Made by a program: the position numbers and the translations under genes. A DNA stretch of 64,000 nt, taken from Calditrichia bacterium (GTDB lineage: Bacteria; Calditrichota; Calditrichia; JAJRVZ01). The stretch lies in NCBI GenBank assembly GCA_963796965.1, contig CAWCNS010000005.1:256001-320000 (forward strand), written 5' to 3'. Of the stretch, positions 1-8,502 are shown piece by piece. The notes under the pieces were generated by a model that ran no database searches, was not told where the DNA came from, and was given only the letters and a program-made list of their open reading frames with translations. Position 1 is the first letter of the stretch. Each line of letters opens with the position of its first letter.

Positions 1-2
1 GG

Positions 3-605
3 TTCTGGGCTTTAGATTCCCTCAAAGGAAATCCTGATCTTGAGCCGGAAAAATATCTGACCTTCTCTACCCGCTATCGCTATCGCCCGTCCGATGCATG
101 GCAAATTGGAATTGATTTGGGGTACCAGAGAATCGAAAAGGAAATTATCTGGAGTGAACCGCAGTTTCTGAATGGTGAAAACAGGGATTTTGCTTTTTTG
201 GCCGCAGATGGACAGGTAAAATTATGGAAATTTACCTTCGGTCTGGGTGGACAGTATACCATGAGTGATTTTAATCTTACACCCGAACAAAGTGCCTGGG
301 GTAATCTGCATTTCCATGAAAGTTTTCTTAAGGGTGCTTTAATCTTCGATGCTTATGGGATGATCAATTATGAAGGTAGTCATCATAATATTCTCTATCA
401 GGTACTCTTGGATCGATTCTATTCAAATACGGGTTTAACTGATTCATTTTATACCTTTAACTGGAAACTGGCAGCGACGATACAGACGATCCAGATCTTT
501 TTTGAAATGGATAATACGCTATCAACAGACTATCAAATTGTTTTTGGTTATATAAATTATTTGCGCTTTCTTCGCTTCGGAATAAACTGGATTCTATGGG
601 ATTAG
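3..605 (+). CDS. Outer-membrane beta-barrel / TonB-dependent-receptor-like protein, C-terminal part (5' truncated by window)
   Basis: Frame open from position 3; GNPDLEPE motif, alternating aromatic beta-strands, terminal RFGINWILWD. Confidence 0.55.
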   Translation, partial: FWALDSLKGNPDLEPEKYLTFSTRYRYRPSDAWQIGIDLGYQRIEKEIIWSEPQFLNGENRDFAFLAADGQVKLWKFTFGLGGQYTMSDFNLTPEQSAWGNLHFHESFLKGALIFDAYGMINYEGSHHNILYQVLLDRFYSNTGLTDSFYTFNWKLAATIQTIQIFFEMDNTLSTDYQIVFGYINYLRFLRFGINWILWD

Positions 606-669
606 TCCTATACGACAGTTAAACTGATGATAGAAAGTAAATTCTAAAACTTCTCATCATTGATTAATT

Positions 670-1047
670 ATGTTAAAAATCTTATTTGTAGGTATTGGAG
701 GATTTATTGGCTCAATTGCAAGATATTGGGCCAGCGGTCTGGTTCATCGGATTTTAGATAAACCCTGGTTCCCTCTCGGTACGTTAGTTGTAAATGTCCT
801 CGGTTGTCTGCTCATAGGAGTCCTGGGAGGATTAGTCGAGAAACGTCAACTATTTAGTCCCGAATTCAGATTATTTATCTTTATTGGGTTTCTGGGCGGA
901 TTTACTACTTTTTCAACTTTTGGATTTGAAATTATTACCTTTGCCCGTAATGGTGAACTAGTTAGTGCTTTAACTAATCTTGTTTTGCATATTGTTCTGG
1001 GCATTGGCGCCGTTTGGTTAGGATTTTCTCTTTCAAAAATGTTATAG
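670..1047 (+). CDS. crcB: Fluoride efflux channel CrcB/FluC
   Basis: GGFIGSIARY, FPLGTLVVN and GFLGGFTTFSTF signatures. Confidence 0.95.
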   Translation: MLKILFVGIGGFIGSIARYWASGLVHRILDKPWFPLGTLVVNVLGCLLIGVLGGLVEKRQLFSPEFRLFIFIGFLGGFTTFSTFGFEIITFARNGELVSALTNLVLHIVLGIGAVWLGFSLSKML

Positions 1048-1072
1048 CTCTAAGTTTAATGAATAATTATTT

Positions 1073-1100
1073 CTCACGCAGCGCCGCGCCGCCGCAACGA
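1073..1100. repeat. Half of an interspersed CGCAGCGA-type octamer repeat element
   Basis: ctcacgcagcgccgcgccgccgcaacga resembles the copy at 55791-55819. Confidence 0.45.
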
Positions 1101-1111
1101 TTTATTTTTTT

Positions 1112-1208
1112 TGTCATCCTGAAAGGATCTTTCTCCATGTAGATTCTGATAGCTCACTTAGGAAGATTCCTATCCCGAGACGCGATCCCGTTCCGGGACG
1201 GAATGACA
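1112..1208. repeat. REP-like palindromic element (TGTCATCC...GGAATGACA)
   Basis: Terminal inverted repeats tgtcatcc/ggaatgaca, inner ggatct/agattcc pairing, intergenic. Confidence 0.55.
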
Positions 1209-1254
1209 TGATATATAAGTTATGTGTACAAAAAAAGTATTAGGAGCATTCAAA

Positions 1255-1590
1255 ATGTTACCAGAAGAAGGGCATTTGCTAAGAATCTTTATCGGTGAGA
1301 ATGATAAGTTTGAGGGAAAACCACTCTACGAATGGATTATTCAGCGGGCCAAAGAAAATAGCCTGGCCGGTGCAACTGTCATCCGTGGGGTAGAAGGATA
1401 TGGAGCATCCAGTCGCATACACACCTCAAAAATTCTCCGCCTTTCTGATGATATGCCTATAATAATCGAAATTGTGGATGTTCTGGAAAAAATTGAAAGA
1501 TTCATCCCTTTGATCGATGGTGCCATAAGAGAAGGTTTGGCGACAGTGGAGAAGGTAGAAATTCGATTTTACCGAAGTGGAAAAGTGTAA
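1255..1590 (+). CDS. DUF190 (PII-like) protein, commonly next to crcB
   Basis: LLRIFIGEND..GKPLYEWI, AGATVIRG.EGYG, LS.DMPIIIEIVD; RBS taggag. Confidence 0.9.
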   Translation: MLPEEGHLLRIFIGENDKFEGKPLYEWIIQRAKENSLAGATVIRGVEGYGASSRIHTSKILRLSDDMPIIIEIVDVLEKIERFIPLIDGAIREGLATVEKVEIRFYRSGKV

Positions 1591-1603
1591 AGGAACCAGA
1601 GGT

Positions 1604-1996
1604 ATGAGAATTCGAAGAGATGGGTTTCTCTTACCGGTTATCTTGGTTTTATTATTAGTGTTGGGATTTGCATGTAGTGATAATGGAGAGCATAAGCAAA
1701 ATAAAAAAGATGCCGATACCATAAATCAGATTGAAGGATTATTTGTCTACTGGGCTGATGCTGCGATTATCACAAATTGCATCAATGGAGAAAAATTGCC
1801 AGTTGCAATGGAAAAAGATTATATCTATTTAGAAAAAGCATATTTAGAAAAACGAAAATCAGAAGGACAGGTGCTATTAGTTAGATTTGAAGGTCATGAA
1901 GCCCAGAGGCCGGCGATTGAGGGTGATAATACAGAAAGAGTTGTTATTGTAGATAAATTTATAGAGGTGATGTCTGATACTATTTGCGTTAATTAG
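1604..1996 (+). CDS. Lipoprotein with NlpE C-terminal OB-like domain
   Basis: Lipobox GFAC; GLFVYWADAAIITNC...LPVA...LEKAYL. Confidence 0.6.
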   Translation: MRIRRDGFLLPVILVLLLVLGFACSDNGEHKQNKKDADTINQIEGLFVYWADAAIITNCINGEKLPVAMEKDYIYLEKAYLEKRKSEGQVLLVRFEGHEAQRPAIEGDNTERVVIVDKFIEVMSDTICVN

Positions 1997-2020
1997 AGAC
2001 GCAGTATACCTGCGTCTCTA
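1994..2020. repeat. Perfect hairpin (REP-like or bidirectional terminator) between convergent genes
   Basis: tagagacgcag-tatac-ctgcgtctcta. Confidence 0.6.
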
Positions 2021-2033
2021 TGTGGATTTATAT

Positions 2034-2576
2034 TTAGATTTCTGAATTTTCTGAATTGTAGATGACGACAGAATGTGCTACGAAAGAGTAAGGCATATCA
2101 GGATCAATTTGCTTTTCATTCATCTCATCGCTGTCCTTTTCCTCGGAATGCCCGGATGTTTCTTCACCACCATGTTCATGCCCTTCATGTCCACCCTCGT
2201 TCTGTGAACTGGCCTCCTCCATAACATGTTTGTCCGCTTCTGTGGTAAAGATGCCTTGTATGGTTACTTTTGCCGTAGCGGCATCTTTGGGAACAAAAAA
2301 ACCATAATCTTTAAAACGAACAATTAATTCTTTCTCCCCATCACTCATCTTAATCCAACATCCTTTATGTTGGCAAACCTGTTTTATTTCACCATCAATC
2401 CGTATTTCTTTACCCTCATATTTTTCCGGACTTGCATAGATATCTGCAATGGTTACGGCGTTCTCCATGGTAACCTTTCCACCAAAAGTTTGTGCCATAT
2501 CCATCTCATTCTTTGTTTGACAAGCGATCAGCAAAATGCCTGTCAAAAGCATAACTATAAATCTTAAAAGATTCAT
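2034..2576 (-). CDS. DUF4920 lipoprotein with His/Glu-rich insert
   Basis: Lipobox LIAC; VCQHKGCW and VRFKDYGFFVP motifs. Confidence 0.8.
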   Translation of the reverse strand: MNLLRFIVMLLTGILLIACQTKNEMDMAQTFGGKVTMENAVTIADIYASPEKYEGKEIRIDGEIKQVCQHKGCWIKMSDGEKELIVRFKDYGFFVPKDAATAKVTIQGIFTTEADKHVMEEASSQNEGGHEGHEHGGEETSGHSEEKDSDEMNEKQIDPDMPYSFVAHSVVIYNSENSEI

Positions 2577-2652
2577 CTAATCCCTCCCTTTTCTATTTCA
2601 TACATAATAGGGTTGTTCACAAAATAAAATTCAATCAATTAGCAGCTGGCCG

Positions 2653-4482
2653 CTAAAATTTAAGTAAATCTTTTACTTTATTTTCTATATTCTTTTTTTC
2701 TTTTTCATAGACATTCTCGATTTCTTTTTTCTTGGACTCAGCACGATCCAATTCACCATCCAACATTTTTTCATATTTGCCGATCTCACTATTTAATCCG
2801 CTTTCTTTTGATGAAACCAACAGATTTAGTTCCTGTTTATGTTTATCAACTTCCTGGTCTACGCGTGCCCGTATCTCAGTTTTAGCTTTATTAAACTCGT
2901 CACTTACAATTGCACCCATTTTTTTTGTGAGTACATCATCGAGATTTGAGCGGATTGAAAATTTTATATTGTCCGATTCACCTCGAACTTTTGCCATAAC
3001 GTCAACAGAATTAATGCTCTTAAGAATGGATTGCATCATCTCTTCTAATTTATTTTGTTCCTTTGTAGCATTTAAGAATTCAAAACGTAATTGATCTCCT
3101 GTAAAAGATATTTCACCATCAATTTTATTCCCCTTCAAATCAAGATTTGTAATTAGGGCACCTCGACCCTTGGATAATTTATTTGGTAGAATTGATGAAT
3201 CAGATAGTTTATAGTCCGCTAAAGTAAAGCCACTATAATTTAGCTTAAATGATTCTGCCGGATCCGTTTCCAGGTAATTGAGAATACCATCAAGTGTAAG
3301 CGCAATTCCTTCGTTATTTTTACCGCCAATCGAAATCTCCGTAGCATTTCCAATTAACCTCTGATCAGAGACGACATCTTTTACAAGACCTTCCCAGGCA
3401 ATTTTGCTTTCTGTCAATCCCGAAATATTCATCTTTTTGATCCAAAAATCCGGCCGGGCATTTTTATTGTAAAAGTAGATGTCCTGACCCTTTAACCTGG
3501 GGGGTGATTCTTTCTCAGGTTGATCTGATTTATCACTTTTTGTGTACTTTCGGGCGAGCGTCACATAGCCCAGATAATTATTAAACATATCAACAACCCG
3601 GCGTCCAAAAATGAGTTTTCCAATGTTTTGAGCATTTATTTCCGGGATTTTCGCCAGAGACAATGCCCTTGCATAATCATTTTGAATCCATTCATCTACC
3701 ATACCAAGTTGGGTTTGAATGTTCTGTAAGTCGTTGGTGAGGTTTCCGCTGATCTGATCAAACTCTTTTTTATTAGATTTAAGGGTTGAATATATTTGGT
3801 CGACTTTGCCCGTAGCTTCCAGTATCTGATCCGCTGTCTTTAATTTGTTTACATCAATGGATTTTATTTGTTCTTCAACTTTTTTTAAATCATCTTCAAT
3901 CTTTAGATTCTTTAATTTATTTTCCCAGGCAGAATATTTTGTGTCCACCTCTTTGGACAGGTTGTTCATTTTCTCAATTGATTGAATATCAAGTATCTTT
4001 AAAATGCTATCGACATTTGCCTTGTTCTTAACTGCGGCAAGTTGCGGTGCGATTAATGATGATACTTCCTTTTCCAGATATTGGGCGGTATTTTTTGCGA
4101 AACCTGGTTGCGCGGCCAGTTCTTCTTTTGACAATCTACCATCTTCCTCGCGGTCTGTATTGGTTTGGATGTTTGTTACAGCAAACGATTCAACGATAAA
4201 TTTATCAGTTAGAAGAGGTAGGAACTCAAAATCAAGTTCACATTTTCCTGTCTCTAACCTATTTTTCATGGCTATTCTGGGATTTGCTACCTGTAGTCGA
4301 TCCCAGCGGATAAACAGATCTTTAAGGGAAACCTCAAGATTGTCAATCTCGACCTTTGCCCCATTCGCTAATGTCGCCACCGATTCAATTTCTCGCTCCA
4401 CTACATCATCAATAAAGAAAATACCTATGATCACGATGAGAGCGATAAAAACAACTAAAAAAATGAGACCCTTCCAGCGCAC
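2653..4482 (-). CDS. TIGR03545-family protein (membrane anchor, coiled coil, AsmA-like)
   Basis: RWKGLI N-terminus, GAKVEI, LQVANP; paired with the adjacent TIGR03546-like gene. Confidence 0.8.
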   Translation of the reverse strand: MRWKGLIFLVVFIALIVIIGIFFIDDVVEREIESVATLANGAKVEIDNLEVSLKDLFIRWDRLQVANPRIAMKNRLETGKCELDFEFLPLLTDKFIVESFAVTNIQTNTDREEDGRLSKEELAAQPGFAKNTAQYLEKEVSSLIAPQLAAVKNKANVDSILKILDIQSIEKMNNLSKEVDTKYSAWENKLKNLKIEDDLKKVEEQIKSIDVNKLKTADQILEATGKVDQIYSTLKSNKKEFDQISGNLTNDLQNIQTQLGMVDEWIQNDYARALSLAKIPEINAQNIGKLIFGRRVVDMFNNYLGYVTLARKYTKSDKSDQPEKESPPRLKGQDIYFYNKNARPDFWIKKMNISGLTESKIAWEGLVKDVVSDQRLIGNATEISIGGKNNEGIALTLDGILNYLETDPAESFKLNYSGFTLADYKLSDSSILPNKLSKGRGALITNLDLKGNKIDGEISFTGDQLRFEFLNATKEQNKLEEMMQSILKSINSVDVMAKVRGESDNIKFSIRSNLDDVLTKKMGAIVSDEFNKAKTEIRARVDQEVDKHKQELNLLVSSKESGLNSEIGKYEKMLDGELDRAESKKKEIENVYEKEKKNIENKVKDLLKF

Positions 4483-4485
4483 TTT

Positions 4486-5010
4486 TTATTCTCCTAATTT
4501 TCGAATTTGTTCATAGAAGGTGTAAATTTTTGATCCTTTTACCATTTTGACAATTTTCCATTTTTGCATTTTGGAGTCGATATTTTCACGATAATAAATC
4601 ACACCACTTTTAACCATAAAATATACGGGTAGACAGAGTACTATCGATACGGCAAGGCTTCCCATTACGACGGTATTATTATACTTACTTAAAGCAATGA
4701 TAGGAATATTGTAAAGGGTGGTCCATAAATCTTTTAGAAAAGTCAGGTCGACCAGAATAAAAAAGCCCAATTCATGAAATATGGGATCCAGCAAAAATCC
4801 GATTCCACTAAATATGATCCATGCAAATATGGCCGTGGCGATATTCACATTAAGAATAATAATTAGAAATATTAGGATTATATTATGTAAGGTCCAAAAT
4901 GGGGTTAGTCCAATTATCATACCCATGATAAATCCGGCAGCTATTTGATTTGGAGAGGCAGCTGAGCGGAGAATTTTTATTAACTTTGCCAGGAATTCAA
5001 GTCCGAACAT
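4486..5010 (-). CDS. TIGR03546-family (DUF2062-like) membrane protein
   Basis: SPNQIAAG...GLTP, LDPIFH.LG, YNNTVVMGS. Confidence 0.85.
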   Translation of the reverse strand: MFGLEFLAKLIKILRSAASPNQIAAGFIMGMIIGLTPFWTLHNIILIFLIIILNVNIATAIFAWIIFSGIGFLLDPIFHELGFFILVDLTFLKDLWTTLYNIPIIALSKYNNTVVMGSLAVSIVLCLPVYFMVKSGVIYYRENIDSKMQKWKIVKMVKGSKIYTFYEQIRKLGE

Positions 5011-5081
5011 TACACGTCCCTTAAATTTAAGTCTGTTTCATATGAATTTATAAAATATTTTCTTCATATTTGATCCTAAAT

Positions 5082-6605
5082 TTACTTATTTATCCGCTTA
5101 ATTACTAATCTGTCATAAAGGTAAATTAACAATGCCGTGAGAAGTGCAAGAACAGTAAATATGATCCACATGATGTCCGGTCTCTGCATATCACGTGCAA
5201 AAGCAGCATATAGTTGACCGGATAAAATTCCACCGAACAGATTGCCAAGGGCCACACACCAATAAAAATAGCCCATGTATAAGGCTACTTTTGTTGGGGG
5301 AGCAATTTTGCCTGTATACTCTTTCTGTTTGGGGCTGGCCATCATTTCGCCAAATGAAAAAACAACAATTCCTAACACGACGATCCAACCTACGGTTCCA
5401 AATATGAGAATAAAGAAACTGGCAACTGTTATAACCGTACCCCAAAATATCGTTGTAAAGGGCTTTAGCCGCGTTACAAGAAATGAAATCAGAACCTGAA
5501 AGATTATTATTGCACCGGCATTGATATTAATAATATACTCAGGATTCATTTGACCGGTTGTCACCATTGAATCAACAAATCCTTGAACGAGAGAAGAAAG
5601 TCCGAGAAATTCTAATAGTGAAACGGATGCCTGCATAAGATCCGCGGTGTTAACAAAATCTCTTATATAAACTGGGAGGGTATAATAGATCTGATTAAAG
5701 GAGGTCCAGAATCCGGACATAAGTAGTAGGAATAATCCAAAACGCCAGTCACCCAATTTCATTGGTTGGAGATACCAGGATGATCTTTGATTTACTGGAT
5801 TTCGCCTAAGAAAAATGTCAAAGAGGAGGTTTAAACCAATCCACAAAAAAACACCAATGGTGATATCTGTCCATGTTACAAATCCCGTGGAAGTATACTT
5901 TGATCCTAAAACGAGAATAAAAAGTAATCCAAAGACCATGAGGAAAAATCGTCCATTACCTAAAACCTCTACCATATCCTTCATTACTTGTCTTAATGAT
6001 CGGGGATTGCTGGATCCACTCTCTGAGGTCGGTTCTTTGTAAAAAAAAGATACCAGAATAATATTAACAGATACCCAGCAGGCTGAGGCAATAAACACAT
6101 AATTCCAATCCCAACCACGTACGATACCGGCAACAATAGGACCGATAAAGCCACCGATATTTACCATCATATAAAAGATACCGAAACCAATCGAAGAAGT
6201 TCTTTCATTGGTGGTTTTGGTCACCGTACCGATAATCACGGGTTTAAACATGCCGGCGCCTAATGCCACCAGCATGAAAGCAAGAAAAAATGTGGGAAAT
6301 GTCTTAAATTGGCCAAGCATGTAATATGCGGGGGTGAGCACAATAAAAGCCGCTAAGAGCATTTTTTTAAATCCATACCGATCGGCAAGGGCTCCGGATA
6401 CAACGGGGAAGAGATAGAGAAAAAAAGTGACCACACCCTGGAGAATACCACGATCCTCGTCAGAGAATCCAAGTCCCCCTTCAGAGACAGCGCCGGTAAT
6501 GTAAAGGGAGGAGACCGCAAAAAAACCATACCAGGCCATACGTTCGAATATTTCCATCGTATTGGCAATCCAAAAAGTACGTGGAAAATCTTTTAATCTG
6601 GACAT
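5082..6605 (-). CDS. MFS transporter, POT/peptide-type
   Basis: EIFERMAWYG (ExxERxxxY), GALADRYG, GFGIFYMMVNIGG, GEMMASP. Confidence 0.85.
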   Translation of the reverse strand: MSRLKDFPRTFWIANTMEIFERMAWYGFFAVSSLYITGAVSEGGLGFSDEDRGILQGVVTFFLYLFPVVSGALADRYGFKKMLLAAFIVLTPAYYMLGQFKTFPTFFLAFMLVALGAGMFKPVIIGTVTKTTNERTSSIGFGIFYMMVNIGGFIGPIVAGIVRGWDWNYVFIASACWVSVNIILVSFFYKEPTSESGSSNPRSLRQVMKDMVEVLGNGRFFLMVFGLLFILVLGSKYTSTGFVTWTDITIGVFLWIGLNLLFDIFLRRNPVNQRSSWYLQPMKLGDWRFGLFLLLMSGFWTSFNQIYYTLPVYIRDFVNTADLMQASVSLLEFLGLSSLVQGFVDSMVTTGQMNPEYIININAGAIIIFQVLISFLVTRLKPFTTIFWGTVITVASFFILIFGTVGWIVVLGIVVFSFGEMMASPKQKEYTGKIAPPTKVALYMGYFYWCVALGNLFGGILSGQLYAAFARDMQRPDIMWIIFTVLALLTALLIYLYDRLVIKRINK

Positions 6606-6928
6606 TTGTTTTCCTAATTTCAGGTTTTCTATTTAACCTTTTGTCAGTAGATTTATTTCATTAAATAGCAAGAACGGGTTACGCGAGACAAGATTTTAGA
6701 AAACGATAGTTCGATCTGTTGATAAAATTTATTTTGCGAAAATAAGAAGAGGGAGCACGTGTTGCAAATGTTTGTTAAGAGTGGCAGTGGGGCGGTAAAG
6801 AAATTATCACAAAAAAAATTCGTTATATATTTCGATGAATTTATATATTGAATGGAAATTATATGTTGACAGGTTTAAAATAATTGCCACTTATCCATGG
6901 CAATTAAATTTGCATGGAGGAAAATGAA

Positions 6929-7336
6929 ATGGAAATAAACTACCTGGCAGTAATTGTTGCAGCACTTTTGTATTATGCCGGAGGAGCGCTCTGGTATTCA
7001 CCAGTTCTTTTTGGTAAAAGATGGATGGGTTTGGTTGGATTAACTGAGGAAAAAATGAAGGAATCTCAAAAAGATGCCTGGAAATCCTATGTAACGGCTC
7101 TTGTGGCGGCACTTTTTATCAGTTATGGTATTGCCCGGATTGAAAACTATATGAATGTGATCACATTTGCCGGTGGACTACATACGGGATTTTGGGCCTG
7201 GTTATGTTTTGTGGTAACAACCATGGCCACAAATAATGCTTTTGCTGGAAGACCGATCAAACTTTTATTGATAGACAGCGGGTATCATCTTTATGGGTTT
7301 CTGGTTATGGGGGTTGTTTTAGCCGTTTGGAAATAG
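6929..7336 (+). CDS. DUF1761 membrane protein
   Basis: INYLAVIVAA...GALWYSP.LFGKRW, LLIDSGY; RBS ggagg. Confidence 0.85.
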   Translation: MEINYLAVIVAALLYYAGGALWYSPVLFGKRWMGLVGLTEEKMKESQKDAWKSYVTALVAALFISYGIARIENYMNVITFAGGLHTGFWAWLCFVVTTMATNNAFAGRPIKLLLIDSGYHLYGFLVMGVVLAVWK

Positions 7337-7607
7337 GAAAAGCAAACTTTGTATCAATTAGAGGTGGGGAGAGAACTACCAGCCAGATAGATGGGATTCA
7401 AAATCATCGATGATTTTATAAAGATCGACAGTACTTAACATCAAAAATACTTTTAATAGATCAATAACGATGCGTTGATCCTCAGGGGTCATTTGCTTAA
7501 ATAATTCTAATATCTCTTCTCTCTCCATTCATTCCTCCAGATCAAGAGCGAGATCACCTTAAAAAGGCGATGCATTCAGACAGGTAATTATGTATCTATG
7601 CCCGGAA

Positions 7608-7820
7608 TCAGCTATTAATGCCATAAGTTTTTTTTATGTCATCAATCTCATTAAGATGATTTTCAAAATCATTGACAAATTTCACAAAATCATCTTTGCT
7701 CATGGTTTCGATTATCTTAATAATATCTTTTAATAATTTTAAAAAGTGTTTTTTGTCCTCATCAGACTCCTGAGAAAGATACATTGCTACGATCTTTTGG
7801 GCAATCTCTTTTTCTTTCAT
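7608..7820 (-). CDS. Small helical hypothetical protein (70 aa)
   Basis: ATG at 7820 preceded by GGAG; charged amphipathic sequence. Confidence 0.5.
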   Translation of the reverse strand: MKEKEIAQKIVAMYLSQESDEDKKHFLKLLKDIIKIIETMSKDDFVKFVNDFENHLNEIDDIKKTYGINS

Positions 7821-8043
7821 CACTCCAACCTGAATTTTTTTCATAAAAACATGCAAAGCCGCTATGGAAAAAAAGTAATAAATATGACCAGGGAAAATAA
7901 GTTTATCCTCTAAGTTAGATACCCGTCTCACTTTATTAAAATATATTACAAATACCCGGATTAGCGAGAATAATAAATTATCAGATAAAACTATTTATAC
8001 TTAATTCTGCAACGATAATACTAGAGTAAAATATTTAGAGGTA

Positions 8044-8178
8044 ATGATGACTAGGAAATCAATAATCACCTCCTGCTCATGCGGAATTTTGCTCCTAATT
8101 CTATTAAGTATTCTACTGACTGCGTTTATTCTAAACTCATTTTTAACTTACCTTGTAGGGATCTTTACGATTGTTTAA
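8044..8178 (+). CDS. Putative 44-aa hydrophobic membrane peptide (below the ORF-track cutoff)
   Basis: RBS gaggt; MMTRKSIITSCSCGILLLILLSILLTAFILNSFLTYLVGIFTIV. Confidence 0.35.
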   Translation: MMTRKSIITSCSCGILLLILLSILLTAFILNSFLTYLVGIFTIV

Positions 8179-8502
8179 TCACAATTGATAGAGAAACATC
8201 TTAAATTAGATGTTTTGTTACCCGGGTAATTAGTTTAAAAGATCTCTTACATTGTAATCGACCCTACATCATTTTGAGGGATGGGTGTGTAATCTTTATT
8301 GAATTTACGCCAAGCCTCACAACCCACCTCATCATATCCGCTGGACCAGTGGACAGGGGATATATCTTTATCTGTAGAATACCCATCGCTTGTCTTCGAG
8401 CACGTAGGTTTGGATAATTAAAGAGAATATAACAAATGAGACTTTAAAAGAGAATACAATTTTTATCGCAGCGTTATTTTTCTGTCTTCAGGTAGCCTGA
8501 TA

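Noticed and set aside
590..669. Fluoride riboswitch upstream of crcB (contains CTGATGA)
   Set aside because: The GGnGATGG..TTCnCC 5' stem and pseudoknot partner are not recognisable; needs cmscan
5033..5050. parS-like tgtttcatatgaattt
   Set aside because: Only the left half matches TGTTTCACGTGAAACA; no good parS seen near parAB
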